From Fidelibacterota bacterium UBA1611 (GTDB lineage Bacteria; Fidelibacterota; Marinisomatia; Marinisomatales; UBA1611): 43,470 bases of DNA. The DNA is taken from the NCBI GenBank assembly GCA_002321855.1, contig DCMX01000250.1, forward strand, positions 5,692-49,161. Direction: 5' to 3'. Below are positions 28,981-40,228 of this stretch, one piece after another. The first letter of the stretch is position 1, and every line of letters starts with the position of its first letter. The notes below the pieces were generated by a model. The model saw only the letters and a program-made list of their open reading frames with translations. It was not told where the DNA came from and did not search any database. The translations under genes were made by a program, and so were the position numbers.

Positions 28981-29056
28981 TATTCTTTAACTTAGGTAAA
29001 ACCTGGAGTAACTATTATAATATATTTATGTATTCAATCCATTCGTATTTAAATCT

Positions 29057-30079
29057 TTACCACTCCAAAACAATCTTCCCGCATTCTCCAGATTCCAATG
29101 TATCAAATGCATCCTGAAAATCATCAATTGGAAATCTATGTGTTAATACACTAGAGATATCCAGTCCACTACGCAGCATTTGTGTGAATTTATACCATGT
29201 TTCAAACATTTCTCGACCATAGATGCCTTTTATTTGTAAGCCTTTGAAGATTATATCATTCCAATTGATGTGTGTTGATTCCGGGAGTAAACCAAGCAAT
29301 GCAATACGTCCACCATGGTACATGTTTTCCAGCATATCACGGAATGCATCAGGACTGCCTGACATTTCCAGCCCCACATCAAATCCGTTTGACATGTTCA
29401 AGTCATCAAATACATTGGTAATCTTTTCTTTCGATACATTTATTGCTTTTACTGCTCCAATCTTTCTTGCAAGGTTAAGTCTATATTCATTGATATCAGT
29501 TATGACGACATGCCTTGCACCAACAAAATTGCAGATGGCAACTGCCATGATTCCAATAGGTCCTGCTCCAGTAATAAGCACATCTTCTGCCACCATTTCA
29601 AAAAATAGTGCTGCGTGGGTTGCGTTTCCAAGTGGATCAAAAAAGGCCGCAATTTCCGATGGAATGTCATCATGAATAGGCCACACATTTTTTTCCGGTA
29701 AAATGAGATATTCTGCAAATGCTCCATCGCGATGGATTCCGATTCCAATGGTACGGTGACATAAATGTTGTTTTCCGGCTCGGCAATTCCGACAGTATCC
29801 ACAGGTAATATGTCCTTCCCCGGAAACTCGGTCTCCTGGCTTATAATGGGTCACACCAGGACCAGTTACTTCAACAATCCCACAAAATTCATGACCAATG
29901 ATCAATGGAAGTTCCAGATTGCGTTGAGCCCACTCATCCCAACCGTAGATATGAAAGTCTGTTCCGCAGATAGCCGTATGGGTAATTTTGATTAATACGT
30001 CGTTTGTACCGACATTTGGTTCAGGTACGTCTTCCAACCATATGCCTCGTTTGGGGAATTTCTTTACTAGGGCTTTCAT
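29057..30079 (-). CDS. tdh: L-threonine 3-dehydrogenase
   Basis: Strong similarity to remembered E. coli Tdh: [54 protein letters not shown]. Confidence 0.95.
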   Translation of the reverse strand: MKALVKKFPKRGIWLEDVPEPNVGTNDVLIKITHTAICGTDFHIYGWDEWAQRNLELPLIIGHEFCGIVEVTGPGVTHYKPGDRVSGEGHITCGYCRNCRAGKQHLCHRTIGIGIHRDGAFAEYLILPEKNVWPIHDDIPSEIAAFFDPLGNATHAALFFEMVAEDVLITGAGPIGIMAVAICNFVGARHVVITDINEYRLNLARKIGAVKAINVSKEKITNVFDDLNMSNGFDVGLEMSGSPDAFRDMLENMYHGGRIALLGLLPESTHINWNDIIFKGLQIKGIYGREMFETWYKFTQMLRSGLDISSVLTHRFPIDDFQDAFDTLESGECGKIVLEW

Positions 30080-30237
30080 AAAAATATGTGCGAAGAAGGG
30101 TGTAAATTACAGATGAGATCTTTGTGCTCCAATTTTCAATAAAATTGGATTTTCACAGCATGTTATTGGTTCTTAATGTTTAATTTTATTTTGTAATAAC
30201 AACTAAATTTTCAAATTATATTTTATCTAATTTATTC

Positions 30238-31002
30238 ATGGGTAAGATTCTACCATTCATTAATCAGAAAGGTGGTGTTGGTAAGACCACTTCAGCGGTA
30301 AATGTTGCCCTGAGCCTTGCAGTGTCGGAAATAAAAACGCTTATAGTTGACCTGGATCCTCAATCAAATGCGACGACAGGTTTATCTGATTTGATTGAGA
30401 AACCATCTAAACATATTTATGATGTATTGATCAGAGGAACTGACATTAAAGATGCCATTAGCAAAACACAATTTCCGCATCTGGATATTATTCCTTCCAC
30501 CTATGATCTCGTAGGTGCAGAGATAGAATTAGTTAGCATAATGGCGAGGGAATATCAGCTTAAAATTGCATTAAAAAAAATACTCCGGCGGTATGATATC
30601 ATTATTCTTGATTGTCCACCCTCTTTGGGTCTCCTGACCATTAACGCTCTCACATCTGCTCATGCAATCATTATTCCTATACAGTGTGAATATTATGCAC
30701 TAGAAGGTCTCAGCCAGTTGCTGAACACTATCCGCCTTGTTCAGAAACACTTGAATCGCAACTTAGAAATTGCCGGTGTGTTGATGACCATGTATGACAG
30801 CCGTTTGAATCTTTCAAAACAAGTAGTGGAAGAAGTAAAAGGATATTTTAAGGACAAATTGTTTAAAACATTGATCTATCGTAATGTTCGCCTAAGTGAG
30901 GCACCAAGTTTTGGAAAGCCGGCCTTACTTTATGATGCGAGTTCAAATGGCGCAAAAAATTATTTGAGTTTAACAGAGGAGATCCTCCAACGTGTCAGAT
31001 AA
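30238..31002 (+). CDS. parA: chromosome partitioning ATPase ParA/Soj
   Basis: Deviant Walker A motif NQKGGVGKTT and ParA-family motifs (DLDPQ.NAT, DCPPSLG). Confidence 0.9.
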   Translation: MGKILPFINQKGGVGKTTSAVNVALSLAVSEIKTLIVDLDPQSNATTGLSDLIEKPSKHIYDVLIRGTDIKDAISKTQFPHLDIIPSTYDLVGAEIELVSIMAREYQLKIALKKILRRYDIIILDCPPSLGLLTINALTSAHAIIIPIQCEYYALEGLSQLLNTIRLVQKHLNRNLEIAGVLMTMYDSRLNLSKQVVEEVKGYFKDKLFKTLIYRNVRLSEAPSFGKPALLYDASSNGAKNYLSLTEEILQRVR

Positions 31003-31840
31003 ACGATTAGGACGTGGAATAGAGTCGTTGATCAGTCCGGAACCGGCATCGAAATCTTCAAAACCAGGCGTCGCAAAAATTTTTCTGAAAAATATAACGC
31101 CAAATCCTCATCAACCGCGCCGTTACTTTGATAAACATGCCTTAGATGAACTGGTAGCATCAATAAAGGTTAAAGGTGTTTTAACACCTATAACGGTTCG
31201 TGAAACAAAAATAGGGTATGAATTGATTGCTGGTGAACGACGCTGGCGTGCAGCAATAAAAGCTATGTTGAAAAAAATTCCGGCGTATGTTATCGATATA
31301 AAAACCGATTCAGAGATGATGGAAGTAGCCCTGATCGAGAATATTCAGCGTGAGGATTTAAATCCTATGGAAGAATCAGAAGCTTATGCTGTGTTGAACA
31401 GTAAATACAATCTATCACATGATGCCATTGCAAGGTCAGTTGGGAAAAAGCGTGTTACAGTGTCTAATTCCCTACGATTACTAAAGCTTCCACTGGAAAT
31501 AAGGAAAAGTATTAGTAAGGGTGAAATTTCCGGTGGTCATGGCAGGGCGATACTACAGGCAAAAACAATTAACCATATGAATAAATTATGGAAGTTGATC
31601 CTTAAAAAGAACCTAAGTGTCAGAGCAGCGGAAGCACTAATAAAATCAAAACCAAAAAAGACAAGTGTTTTGAAAGTAATCCATTCAACAGCACCAATCA
31701 GAGCAATTGAGAATCAATTAATTGAATTATTAGGCACCAAGGTCAAACTTAAACCTGGTCAAGTAGGTGGGTCGATTGAGATCCTTTATTTTTCTGATGA
31801 TGACCTAGAACGCATACTGGATTTGCTTCAATCGCTATAA
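30992..31840 (+). CDS. parB: chromosome partitioning protein ParB/Spo0J
   Basis: Motifs KRLGRGIESLI, the ParB box GERRWRAA and ENIQREDLNP. GTG start overlaps parA by 11 nt. Confidence 0.9.
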   Translation: MSDKRLGRGIESLISPEPASKSSKPGVAKIFLKNITPNPHQPRRYFDKHALDELVASIKVKGVLTPITVRETKIGYELIAGERRWRAAIKAMLKKIPAYVIDIKTDSEMMEVALIENIQREDLNPMEESEAYAVLNSKYNLSHDAIARSVGKKRVTVSNSLRLLKLPLEIRKSISKGEISGGHGRAILQAKTINHMNKLWKLILKKNLSVRAAEALIKSKPKKTSVLKVIHSTAPIRAIENQLIELLGTKVKLKPGQVGGSIEILYFSDDDLERILDLLQSL

Positions 31841-31850
31841 GAAGTAAATA

Positions 31851-32639
31851 GTGAATCCCGAAAAATATACTGTTATCATTGTGCCTGATGATGAATCTGT
31901 TACGAGGTCTTACAATATTTCAAGGAAAATGATTCGTATTCTGTTTACAGTCGGTATACTTTGTATAATGGGGGTAATTATCTTTATTGCCTTTTACATT
32001 CCAAAAATCGGTGAGTATGATACTATAAAAGGAAATTATGAAAGCCTAGCAGCAGAACGGTCGAAAGTATTAGAGCTCAGTCAGGATCTTCAGCGCTTAA
32101 AGCAAATGGATGGCTTTATTAGAAAATCGCTTGGTGCCGAACTAGATTTTGATGAAAAACCCATTCTTGCAGATTCGCTTATCGGGATGACAATAATTCC
32201 AGAAAAAGGAATTTCATATATAGAAAACATTCCTTCAGTAGCTCCTATAAAGGGTTTTGTAAGTCAACGTTCAGGACAAATGTCGCCATTTATCAGAAAT
32301 ACACATCGGGGTATTGATATTGTTGCAAAGGAAGGTGAACCAATTCTATCTGCCGCAGCTGGTGTCGTAATGTTTTCTGGCTGGACCTATGAAATGGGTA
32401 ACCTTATTATAATCTACCATGGTGATGGTTATTTTACACATTATGGTCACAATCAGAGGAACCTCAAAATACAGTTGAGTGTGGTCAATCGTGGTGAAGT
32501 TATTGGTATGGTAGGTAGTACTGGTATATCTTCTGGTCCTCATCTGCATTTTGAGATTTGGAAAGATGAAAAATCTGTAGACCCACTTATCTATTTCCCA
32601 GAATACAAATTAACAGATTTAACTTCTAATAATGGTTGA
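31851..32639 (+). CDS. M23-family metallopeptidase with N-terminal membrane anchor and coiled coil
   Basis: HRGIDI (HxxxD) and GPHLHFEI (HxH) motifs. GTG start. Confidence 0.85.
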   Translation: MNPEKYTVIIVPDDESVTRSYNISRKMIRILFTVGILCIMGVIIFIAFYIPKIGEYDTIKGNYESLAAERSKVLELSQDLQRLKQMDGFIRKSLGAELDFDEKPILADSLIGMTIIPEKGISYIENIPSVAPIKGFVSQRSGQMSPFIRNTHRGIDIVAKEGEPILSAAAGVVMFSGWTYEMGNLIIIYHGDGYFTHYGHNQRNLKIQLSVVNRGEVIGMVGSTGISSGPHLHFEIWKDEKSVDPLIYFPEYKLTDLTSNNG

Positions 32640-33015
32640 ATTCAATTTTCAGAATGTACATACCATGGTTGGACCTGATGCCATCATTCAAGGACCAATA
32701 AGATTAAAAGAAGGAATCATTATATATGGCAAGGTCTATGGTGATGTGAGTACGAACGGTCCTATCAGGATCGTCCAAAACGGTTTAGTTCAGGGTGGCG
32801 TTCAGGGCAGTGATATTCGAATTGGAGGGACAGTTATAGGAGATGTGACAGCTGATGGTCAGGTCATATTAGGTAAGAACTGTGTTCTCAAAGGTGATAT
32901 AAGTTATCGGAAACTCTTGATCGAAGATGGTGCCCAATTTGAGGGAAAGTGCGATTTGGTGCAAAATAATGATCAAAAATTTCAAAGCTCTAAAAGTGAA
33001 TCTGATAGCGGTTAA
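32632..33015 (+). CDS. bactofilin (polymer-forming cytoskeletal protein)
   Basis: Repetitive beta-helix pattern (G.V.GDV...G.I.I...G.V.G.V...). Overlaps the M23 gene by 8 nt. Confidence 0.85.
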   Translation: MVEFNFQNVHTMVGPDAIIQGPIRLKEGIIIYGKVYGDVSTNGPIRIVQNGLVQGGVQGSDIRIGGTVIGDVTADGQVILGKNCVLKGDISYRKLLIEDGAQFEGKCDLVQNNDQKFQSSKSESDSG

Positions 33016-33017
33016 TT

Positions 33018-33275
33018 ATGTCTGACTCTGAGGATGTGTCAAAATTTGATTCTGCAAGCTCATTTACGTATCTTCAAAAAATAGTTCAGAAAGCCGGTCC
33101 TGCAGCATCTGCATCCTACACGCTTTTAGCTTCAGTGCTTATTTTGACACTTCTTGGTTGGTATATTGATAGATCAATAGATACAAGTCCTATAGGTTTA
33201 TTAATTGGTCTAGGTTTTGGACTATTAACCGGATTTTACCATTTGGCAAGGGTAATCTGGTCTGGGGAAAAATGA
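33018..33275 (+). CDS. AtpZ/AtpI-family small membrane protein
   Basis: Two-helix protein with LLGWYIDR...PIGLLIGLGFGLLTGFY, placed at the head of the atp operon. Confidence 0.6.
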   Translation: MSDSEDVSKFDSASSFTYLQKIVQKAGPAASASYTLLASVLILTLLGWYIDRSIDTSPIGLLIGLGFGLLTGFYHLARVIWSGEK

Positions 33276-33628
33276 AATTATTTGGTTATGGTGTTTTAAC
33301 ATCTTTTGGTATCCTTGGATTATGTGCACACTTTTTATCACAATATCAATATGAATTATTCTTTGGGTGGCTTGGGCCTGTTGTGGCCGGCTCAGTCACG
33401 ATTATTTTTGTTGAACAAGCCTCAAAAAAAGATTTGGGGTCAGTCACTAAAACCTTGGCGATCGGGTTCGCGGTAAAAATGGTTTTCTATGGTATTTATA
33501 TATTGATCTTGTTCGAATTTTACTCATTTTATCCCATTCCTTTAATTTGTAGCTTAGCAGGATTCTTTGTTGGGCATCATGCACTGGAAGCAGTTATAGT
33601 CAATAATTTATCCAAGCCTAAAATCTGA
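33272..33628 (+). CDS. ATP synthase-associated membrane protein (subunit I-like)
   Basis: Four hydrophobic helices, an ATGA overlap with the preceding gene and a position just before atpB. Confidence 0.45.
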   Translation: MKLFGYGVLTSFGILGLCAHFLSQYQYELFFGWLGPVVAGSVTIIFVEQASKKDLGSVTKTLAIGFAVKMVFYGIYILILFEFYSFYPIPLICSLAGFFVGHHALEAVIVNNLSKPKI

Positions 33629-33657
33629 TTTTCTGACGTTATCTAAATGAGAATTTT

Positions 33658-34587
33658 ATGAGTATTTCTGACGCTGAGCATGGTTCCGAAAGTGTAATGG
33701 AACAAGTGGGGCCCAATATCATTCACCACGTTTCGAATTCTGACATTTCCCATCCTATTATTCACCTTCCTACTATCTCAGGTATTGATTTTTCTGTTAC
33801 GAAACATGTGTTAATGTTATGGCTGGTCTCATTTTTAGTGGGAGTTGCTGTGATAGTACCCGTAAGAAGATTTTTATCAGGTGATCGGTCCGTTCCGACC
33901 GGCTGGATGAATGCACTGGAAATTACTATTCAATTTATACGGGACTCGATCGTTAAACCCAATGTGGGTCCCAAATGGGTCATGACATGGACACCACTGG
34001 TTCTGACGTTCTTCTTTTTTATTTTATTCGCGAATGGTATTGGAATGATACCGATCTTTGATGTTTTAGGTGCATTTAACCGTTTTATCCTGAATGTCCC
34101 TGCTTCTGATTCCCATAATTTTATCAATGGAATACTCCATGGTGGTGTTACCGCCACCGGTAATTTCAATGTAACAGCAGGGTTAGCAACAATCACATTT
34201 TTTTCAATTATAATAGCTGGCACAATGGCTCACGGATTCATCAATCACTGGAAAAATTTGGCTCCTCCGGGTTTACCTTGGCCCGTTTACATCATTTTGA
34301 TCCCAATTGAGGTCATGGGGTTATTTGTAAAACCTTTCGCACTTACAATGCGTCTGGCTGCAAATATGACCGGTGGTCATATTGCGCTACTTGCACTTTT
34401 ATCTCTCATGCCCATTTTTGGCGAAATGTTTCATAGCACAGTTGCAGGATTTGGTGTGGCATTTGTCTCTGTTCCTATCGCTGTTGCTATTTCGGCACTT
34501 GAAATCATTGTCGTTCTGGTTCAGGCATATGTATTCACTTTACTAACAGCTGTGTTTGTTGGAATGGCGATCAATGTTCATCATTAA
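33658..34587 (+). CDS. atpB: F0F1 ATP synthase subunit a
   Basis: Motif LTMRLAANMTGGH, containing the essential Arg, plus operon position. Confidence 0.9.
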   Translation: MSISDAEHGSESVMEQVGPNIIHHVSNSDISHPIIHLPTISGIDFSVTKHVLMLWLVSFLVGVAVIVPVRRFLSGDRSVPTGWMNALEITIQFIRDSIVKPNVGPKWVMTWTPLVLTFFFFILFANGIGMIPIFDVLGAFNRFILNVPASDSHNFINGILHGGVTATGNFNVTAGLATITFFSIIIAGTMAHGFINHWKNLAPPGLPWPVYIILIPIEVMGLFVKPFALTMRLAANMTGGHIALLALLSLMPIFGEMFHSTVAGFGVAFVSVPIAVAISALEIIVVLVQAYVFTLLTAVFVGMAINVHH

Positions 34588-34603
34588 AAAAAGGATATAA
34601 ACA

Positions 34604-34834
34604 ATGGAATCAGCAACTGTATTTGTACCAGTAGGATTAGGTCTGACGGTAATTGGGGCTGGATTAGGGATAGGTCGTTTCGCGGCGTCTGCAGCGGAGA
34701 GTATTGCCCGACAGCCAGAGGCCGCTGACAAGATCACTGGTGCTGTGAACTTGCCCCTCTTTCTTCTTGAAGGTGTTGCAATCCTTGCAGAAGTGTTCAT
34801 TTTCTTACAACTTATTCTGCCGCCACCTAGCTAA
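34604..34834 (+). CDS. atpE: F0F1 ATP synthase subunit c
   Basis: Hairpin protein with an ARQPEA loop and a carboxylate in helix 2 (FLLEGVAI). Confidence 0.9.
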   Translation: MESATVFVPVGLGLTVIGAGLGIGRFAASAAESIARQPEAADKITGAVNLPLFLLEGVAILAEVFIFLQLILPPPS

Positions 34835-34840
34835 GAAATC

Positions 34841-35416
34841 ATGGATCAATTCTGGGTTATTCCCGGAAGCGAAGACCTGCATGAGTCCACAGAGACTCAG
34901 GAAGGGTCAGGTGCTCCAAACCCTTTAGTTCGATTAGATCCGGGTCTGTTCATTTGGACGATCCTTACGTTTCTGATTCTTTTCTTTGTGTTGTCAAAGT
35001 ACGCGTGGAGACCATTGCTCGCAGCATTAGAATCCCGGGAGAAGACTATCAGATCTTCTTTGGAAGACGCTGAAAAGGCCAAGCAGGAATTAGAACGTCT
35101 CAATGCTGAAACTGAAACCATCATCTCTGAAGCCAGGTCTGAAGCCCAATCTATTCGTTTAGAAGCAAAATCTGCCGGTGAAAAGGTCAAAGCAGACATC
35201 ATCGCCCAAGCTGGAAAAGATGCAAAAAAACTTCTAGATGAAAATGAAAAACAGATCCAGGTTGAAAAAGATAGAGCAATCAATGAGATTCGTCAGGAAG
35301 TTGTAGGCCTGACCTTAACCGTAGCTGAAAGAGTCATCAGGAAGAATCTGTCCAAAGAAGATAACCAAAAACTCATTGAAGGCTCATTAAAGACCCTGAA
35401 AGGTTATGATGCATAG
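34841..35416 (+). CDS. atpF: F0F1 ATP synthase subunit b
   Basis: One N-terminal TM helix followed by a long charged helix. Operon position supports the call. Confidence 0.85.
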   Translation: MDQFWVIPGSEDLHESTETQEGSGAPNPLVRLDPGLFIWTILTFLILFFVLSKYAWRPLLAALESREKTIRSSLEDAEKAKQELERLNAETETIISEARSEAQSIRLEAKSAGEKVKADIIAQAGKDAKKLLDENEKQIQVEKDRAINEIRQEVVGLTLTVAERVIRKNLSKEDNQKLIEGSLKTLKGYDA

Positions 35417-35945
35417 ACATACTACAAAGCATCTTACCGAAGCACTCTACTCGGTATCAGAATCGAACAATGTTTTGGATGCTGTGCATAGCGCTCTAAA
35501 AACCTTGAATAAACTGGTACGGGAAAATAATCAATTTCGTGCTTTCATTCAGTCAAAGAGGATAACAGGTGCAGATAAAGCAAAGATCTTAAACACTGTT
35601 TTGGGTGAATTTGGTCAGCCACTGGTCGCTGAATTGGTTTCTCATTTGGAAGGGAGGCAAGCATCACAGCAATTGCAAGATGTTACAAATCTTTTCGATC
35701 ACAGGTATAAAGTAGGAAAAAATATTGTGTCTGTAGAAGGAACGGTCGCCAGTGAATTGGATGAATCTGAAATTGCGTCCTTAAAATCTTCGTTGAACTC
35801 TGCTCTTGGGAAGAACATAGATTTATCTCTTAAGGTTGATGAATCCTTGGTTGGGGGAATAAGACTTAGGATCGAAAATACATTCTTGGATGCAACTATA
35901 CAGAATCAATTAAACAGACTCAAGCAGGAGTTGCTGCAACCATAA
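35406..35945 (+). CDS. atpH: F0F1 ATP synthase subunit delta
   Basis: OSCP-like size, the motif LVGGIRLRI near the C-terminus and operon position. Confidence 0.8.
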   Translation: MMHRHTTKHLTEALYSVSESNNVLDAVHSALKTLNKLVRENNQFRAFIQSKRITGADKAKILNTVLGEFGQPLVAELVSHLEGRQASQQLQDVTNLFDHRYKVGKNIVSVEGTVASELDESEIASLKSSLNSALGKNIDLSLKVDESLVGGIRLRIENTFLDATIQNQLNRLKQELLQP

Positions 35946-35959
35946 AATAATAGGATATC

Positions 35960-37483
35960 ATGGAAATACATACTGATCAATTAACCCAGTTACTTCGCGA
36001 ACAGATAGAAAAATTCGATGGTTCAGTTGATGTGTCAGAGGTCGGGGAAGTTATTGCAGTAGGTGACGGTGTTGCCCGTGTCTCTGGTTTGGAAAATGTT
36101 ATGAGTTCAGAACTTGTTGAATTGCCAAACGGGGTTTTTGGGATGGCTTTGAACCTGGAAGAAGACAATGTTGGTTTGGTTCTTTTCGGCGAAAGTTCTC
36201 TTGTAAAGGAAGGTGACCTTGCCAAACGGACAGAACGAATTGTAGAAATTCCTGTTGGGGAAGCAATGCTAGGCCGAATTGTAAACCCATTGGGACAGCC
36301 CGTAGATGGTAAAGGAGAGATTAAAACAGATCAATCACTCCCTGTAGAGCGGAAAGCACTGGGTGTACTTCAGCGGCAACCTGTAAAAGAACCATTGCAA
36401 ACAGGTCTTAAATCAATCGATTCAATGACCCCAATAGGACGCGGACAACGTGAATTGATCATTGGTGATCGCCAGACAGGTAAAACAGCTATTGCAATAG
36501 ATACGATGATCAATCAGCAATACACCCATAAAACGGATAAACCTGTATACTGTATCTATGTTGCTATAGGACAAAAAGCATCCACGGTTACACAGGTTGT
36601 AGCCGAGTTAGAAAAAACCGGTGCAATGGAATACACAACGGTTGTTACAGCTAATGCATCTGATCCAGCACCGATGCAATACATTGCTCCTTATTCAGGA
36701 GCGTCCATAGGTGAGTATTTTAGGGATAACGGGAAACATGCACTGATAATCTATGATGATCTAACGAAGCAGGCTCAGGCTTATCGCCAGATGTCGCTAT
36801 TACTACGTCGTCCACCGGGAAGAGAAGCATATCCCGGAGACGTATTTTATTTGCATTCTCGTTTATTAGAGCGTGCCAGTAAACTGTCCGATGATCTTGG
36901 TGCAGGCTCGCTCACAGCATTGCCGATCATTGAGACCCAGGAAGGTGATGTTTCGGCCTACATTCCCACAAATGTCATTTCTATTACAGATGGACAAATC
37001 TTTTTGGAGACAAATCTTTTCAATGCAGGTATTCGGCCCGCTGTAGATGTTGGTATATCCGTTTCTCGAGTCGGTGGGAATGCCCAGATCAAGGCCATGA
37101 AAAGCATTGCTGGGATGTTACGTCTTGATCTGGCCCAGTTCCGTGAACTTGAAGCCTTTTCAAAATTTGGTTCTGATCTGGATAAAGCAACTCTGGCGCA
37201 ATTAGCTCGTGGAAGGGCAATGGTCGAAGTACTGAAACAAAATCAGTATGTTCCAATGTCTGTGGAAAATCAGGTGGCCATTATTTTCGCAGGCTCCGAA
37301 GGATTTTTAGATGATATACCTGTGGAAAAGGTTGGTGAATTCGAAACTGGTTTACTTGAATATTTAGAATCCAACTATGTTACAGTGTTGGACTCAATCC
37401 GACAAACCGGTGAATTAAGTGAAGAGAAAAGGGATGAACTCAAAAAAGCAACTGACGAATTCAAGAAAGGATTTGTATCCTAA
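35960..37483 (+). CDS. atpA: F0F1 ATP synthase subunit alpha
   Basis: Walker A motif GDRQTGKT and highly conserved alpha-subunit blocks. Confidence 0.97.
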   Translation: MEIHTDQLTQLLREQIEKFDGSVDVSEVGEVIAVGDGVARVSGLENVMSSELVELPNGVFGMALNLEEDNVGLVLFGESSLVKEGDLAKRTERIVEIPVGEAMLGRIVNPLGQPVDGKGEIKTDQSLPVERKALGVLQRQPVKEPLQTGLKSIDSMTPIGRGQRELIIGDRQTGKTAIAIDTMINQQYTHKTDKPVYCIYVAIGQKASTVTQVVAELEKTGAMEYTTVVTANASDPAPMQYIAPYSGASIGEYFRDNGKHALIIYDDLTKQAQAYRQMSLLLRRPPGREAYPGDVFYLHSRLLERASKLSDDLGAGSLTALPIIETQEGDVSAYIPTNVISITDGQIFLETNLFNAGIRPAVDVGISVSRVGGNAQIKAMKSIAGMLRLDLAQFRELEAFSKFGSDLDKATLAQLARGRAMVEVLKQNQYVPMSVENQVAIIFAGSEGFLDDIPVEKVGEFETGLLEYLESNYVTVLDSIRQTGELSEEKRDELKKATDEFKKGFVS

Positions 37484-38338
37484 GTGGCAAACCTGAAAGA
37501 TATCCGAGACCGAATTAAATCGGTTAAATCAATTCAGCAGGTTACCAGTGCTATGAGAATGGTCGCTGCAGCAAAATTACGTCGTGCCCAGGAGCGAATG
37601 GAGCAAGCCCGCCCTTACGAACAACGATTGCAGGAGGTTATAAATAATTTATTACCTGATGTAAACCAAGATATGCTTGACCTACTCCAGGTCCGGGAAG
37701 TAAAACGTGTCGGATATTTAATTGTGACATCAGACCGGGGACTCGCAGGCGCATTTAACACCAACGTCATTAAAAAGGTGGAATCTGAGATTGAAGAGAT
37801 TGGTAAGAAAAACACTGATCTTTTTTGCATTGGCAGGAAAGGAAGAGACCATTTTAAAAAAAGAGATTACTCTGTAGTTCTTGAGTATGTGGAATTTTGG
37901 AATGAGTTAGATTTTCCCCATGCCGTAACATTTGGAGAAAGTATTATCAGCCATTTTCTTTCGGGCCAAGTAGATGAAATTAGGGTTGTGTACAATTGGT
38001 TCAAGAATCTGGGCATGCAGGAACTGAGGGTTGAGAAATTACTTCCCCTTTATTACGAGGGTGACAAAAATCACTTTGGGGACCATATCTATGAGCCAAG
38101 TAAAAAAGAAATTGTAGAGTCACTCATTCCTCGGCACCTGAATGTAGAAATGTGGAAATATTTACTGGAGTCATTTGCTTCAGAAATGGCAGCACGGATG
38201 GTTGCCATGGAAAATGCAACTGAAAATGCAGGTGAGATGATACAATCTCTGCAATTGCAATTTAATAAGGCACGTCAGGCATCGATAACCACTGAAATGC
38301 TTGAAATTGTCGGTGGTGCAGAGGCATTGGCAAAATAG
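37484..38338 (+). CDS. atpG: F0F1 ATP synthase subunit gamma
   Basis: N-terminus MANLKDIRDRIKSVKSIQQVTSAMRMVAAAKLRRAQ and C-terminus ITTEMLEIVGGAEAL. GTG start. Confidence 0.95.
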   Translation: MANLKDIRDRIKSVKSIQQVTSAMRMVAAAKLRRAQERMEQARPYEQRLQEVINNLLPDVNQDMLDLLQVREVKRVGYLIVTSDRGLAGAFNTNVIKKVESEIEEIGKKNTDLFCIGRKGRDHFKKRDYSVVLEYVEFWNELDFPHAVTFGESIISHFLSGQVDEIRVVYNWFKNLGMQELRVEKLLPLYYEGDKNHFGDHIYEPSKKEIVESLIPRHLNVEMWKYLLESFASEMAARMVAMENATENAGEMIQSLQLQFNKARQASITTEMLEIVGGAEALAK

Positions 38339-39753
<1,415 letters not shown>

Positions 39754-39754
<1 letters not shown>

Positions 39755-40152
39755 TGAACACCATTCAGCTAGAGATCGTTACCCCGACCCATGTATTAGA
39801 TGAAGGTCAGGTCAGTTATGTTCGCTGTCCTGGGATTGATGGATCATTTGGTGTTATGGCAAACCACATTGAAGGAATTATTGCCCTTGATGTTGGAGAG
39901 GTCAAAGTAAGAAAAGATAGTCAGGACGAATACCTTGCTATCAGTGGCGGGTATGCAGAGATCATGGAAGATAGACTAGAACTTTTGGTTGAGTCGGTTG
40001 AAAAATCCAGTGAAATTAATGCAGAAAGAGCAAAAATGTCTATGGAACGTGCCAGAACACGTAAATCAGAACAAGACCCTGAACTAAATGAAGTAAGAAT
40101 AAAAGCTTCACTTTCACGGGCATTGAACCGGTTACGGGTTTCAAAAAGATAA
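39754..40152 (+). CDS. atpC: F0F1 ATP synthase subunit epsilon
   Basis: Epsilon-like beta-sandwich plus a helical C-terminus. The ATG at 39754 shares a base with the atpD TGA (TGATG). Confidence 0.9.
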
Positions 40153-40173
40153 ACCACATTTCCAACTGAATTC

Positions 40174-40208
40174 AAAAAAACCGCCCGTAATTTCGGAGCG
40201 GTTTTTTT
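40174..40208 (+). terminator. rho-independent terminator ending the atp operon
   Basis: A7-ACCGCCCG-TAATTT-CGGAGCGGT-T7. Confidence 0.85.
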
Positions 40209-40228
40209 ATGCCTTTACTGAATTAAAT

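Noticed and set aside
30080-30237. AT-rich parA upstream region as oriC.
   Set aside because: I found only one near-consensus DnaA-box-like 9-mer (ATTTTCACA), no cluster of boxes and no dnaA or gid genes adjacent.
30238-31840. parS sites (TGTTNCACGTGAAACA) in or near parAB.
   Set aside because: Only half-site fragments are present (GTGAAACA near 31203, TGTTTCAC near 21813). No palindromic 16-mer was seen in the window.
34604-34834. A Na+-translocating c subunit, or an N-type ATPase.
   Set aside because: Helix 2 has E followed by G, not the E-S/T Na+ signature. Helix 1 lacks the Gln. The gene order is the standard F-type atpBEFHAGDC.
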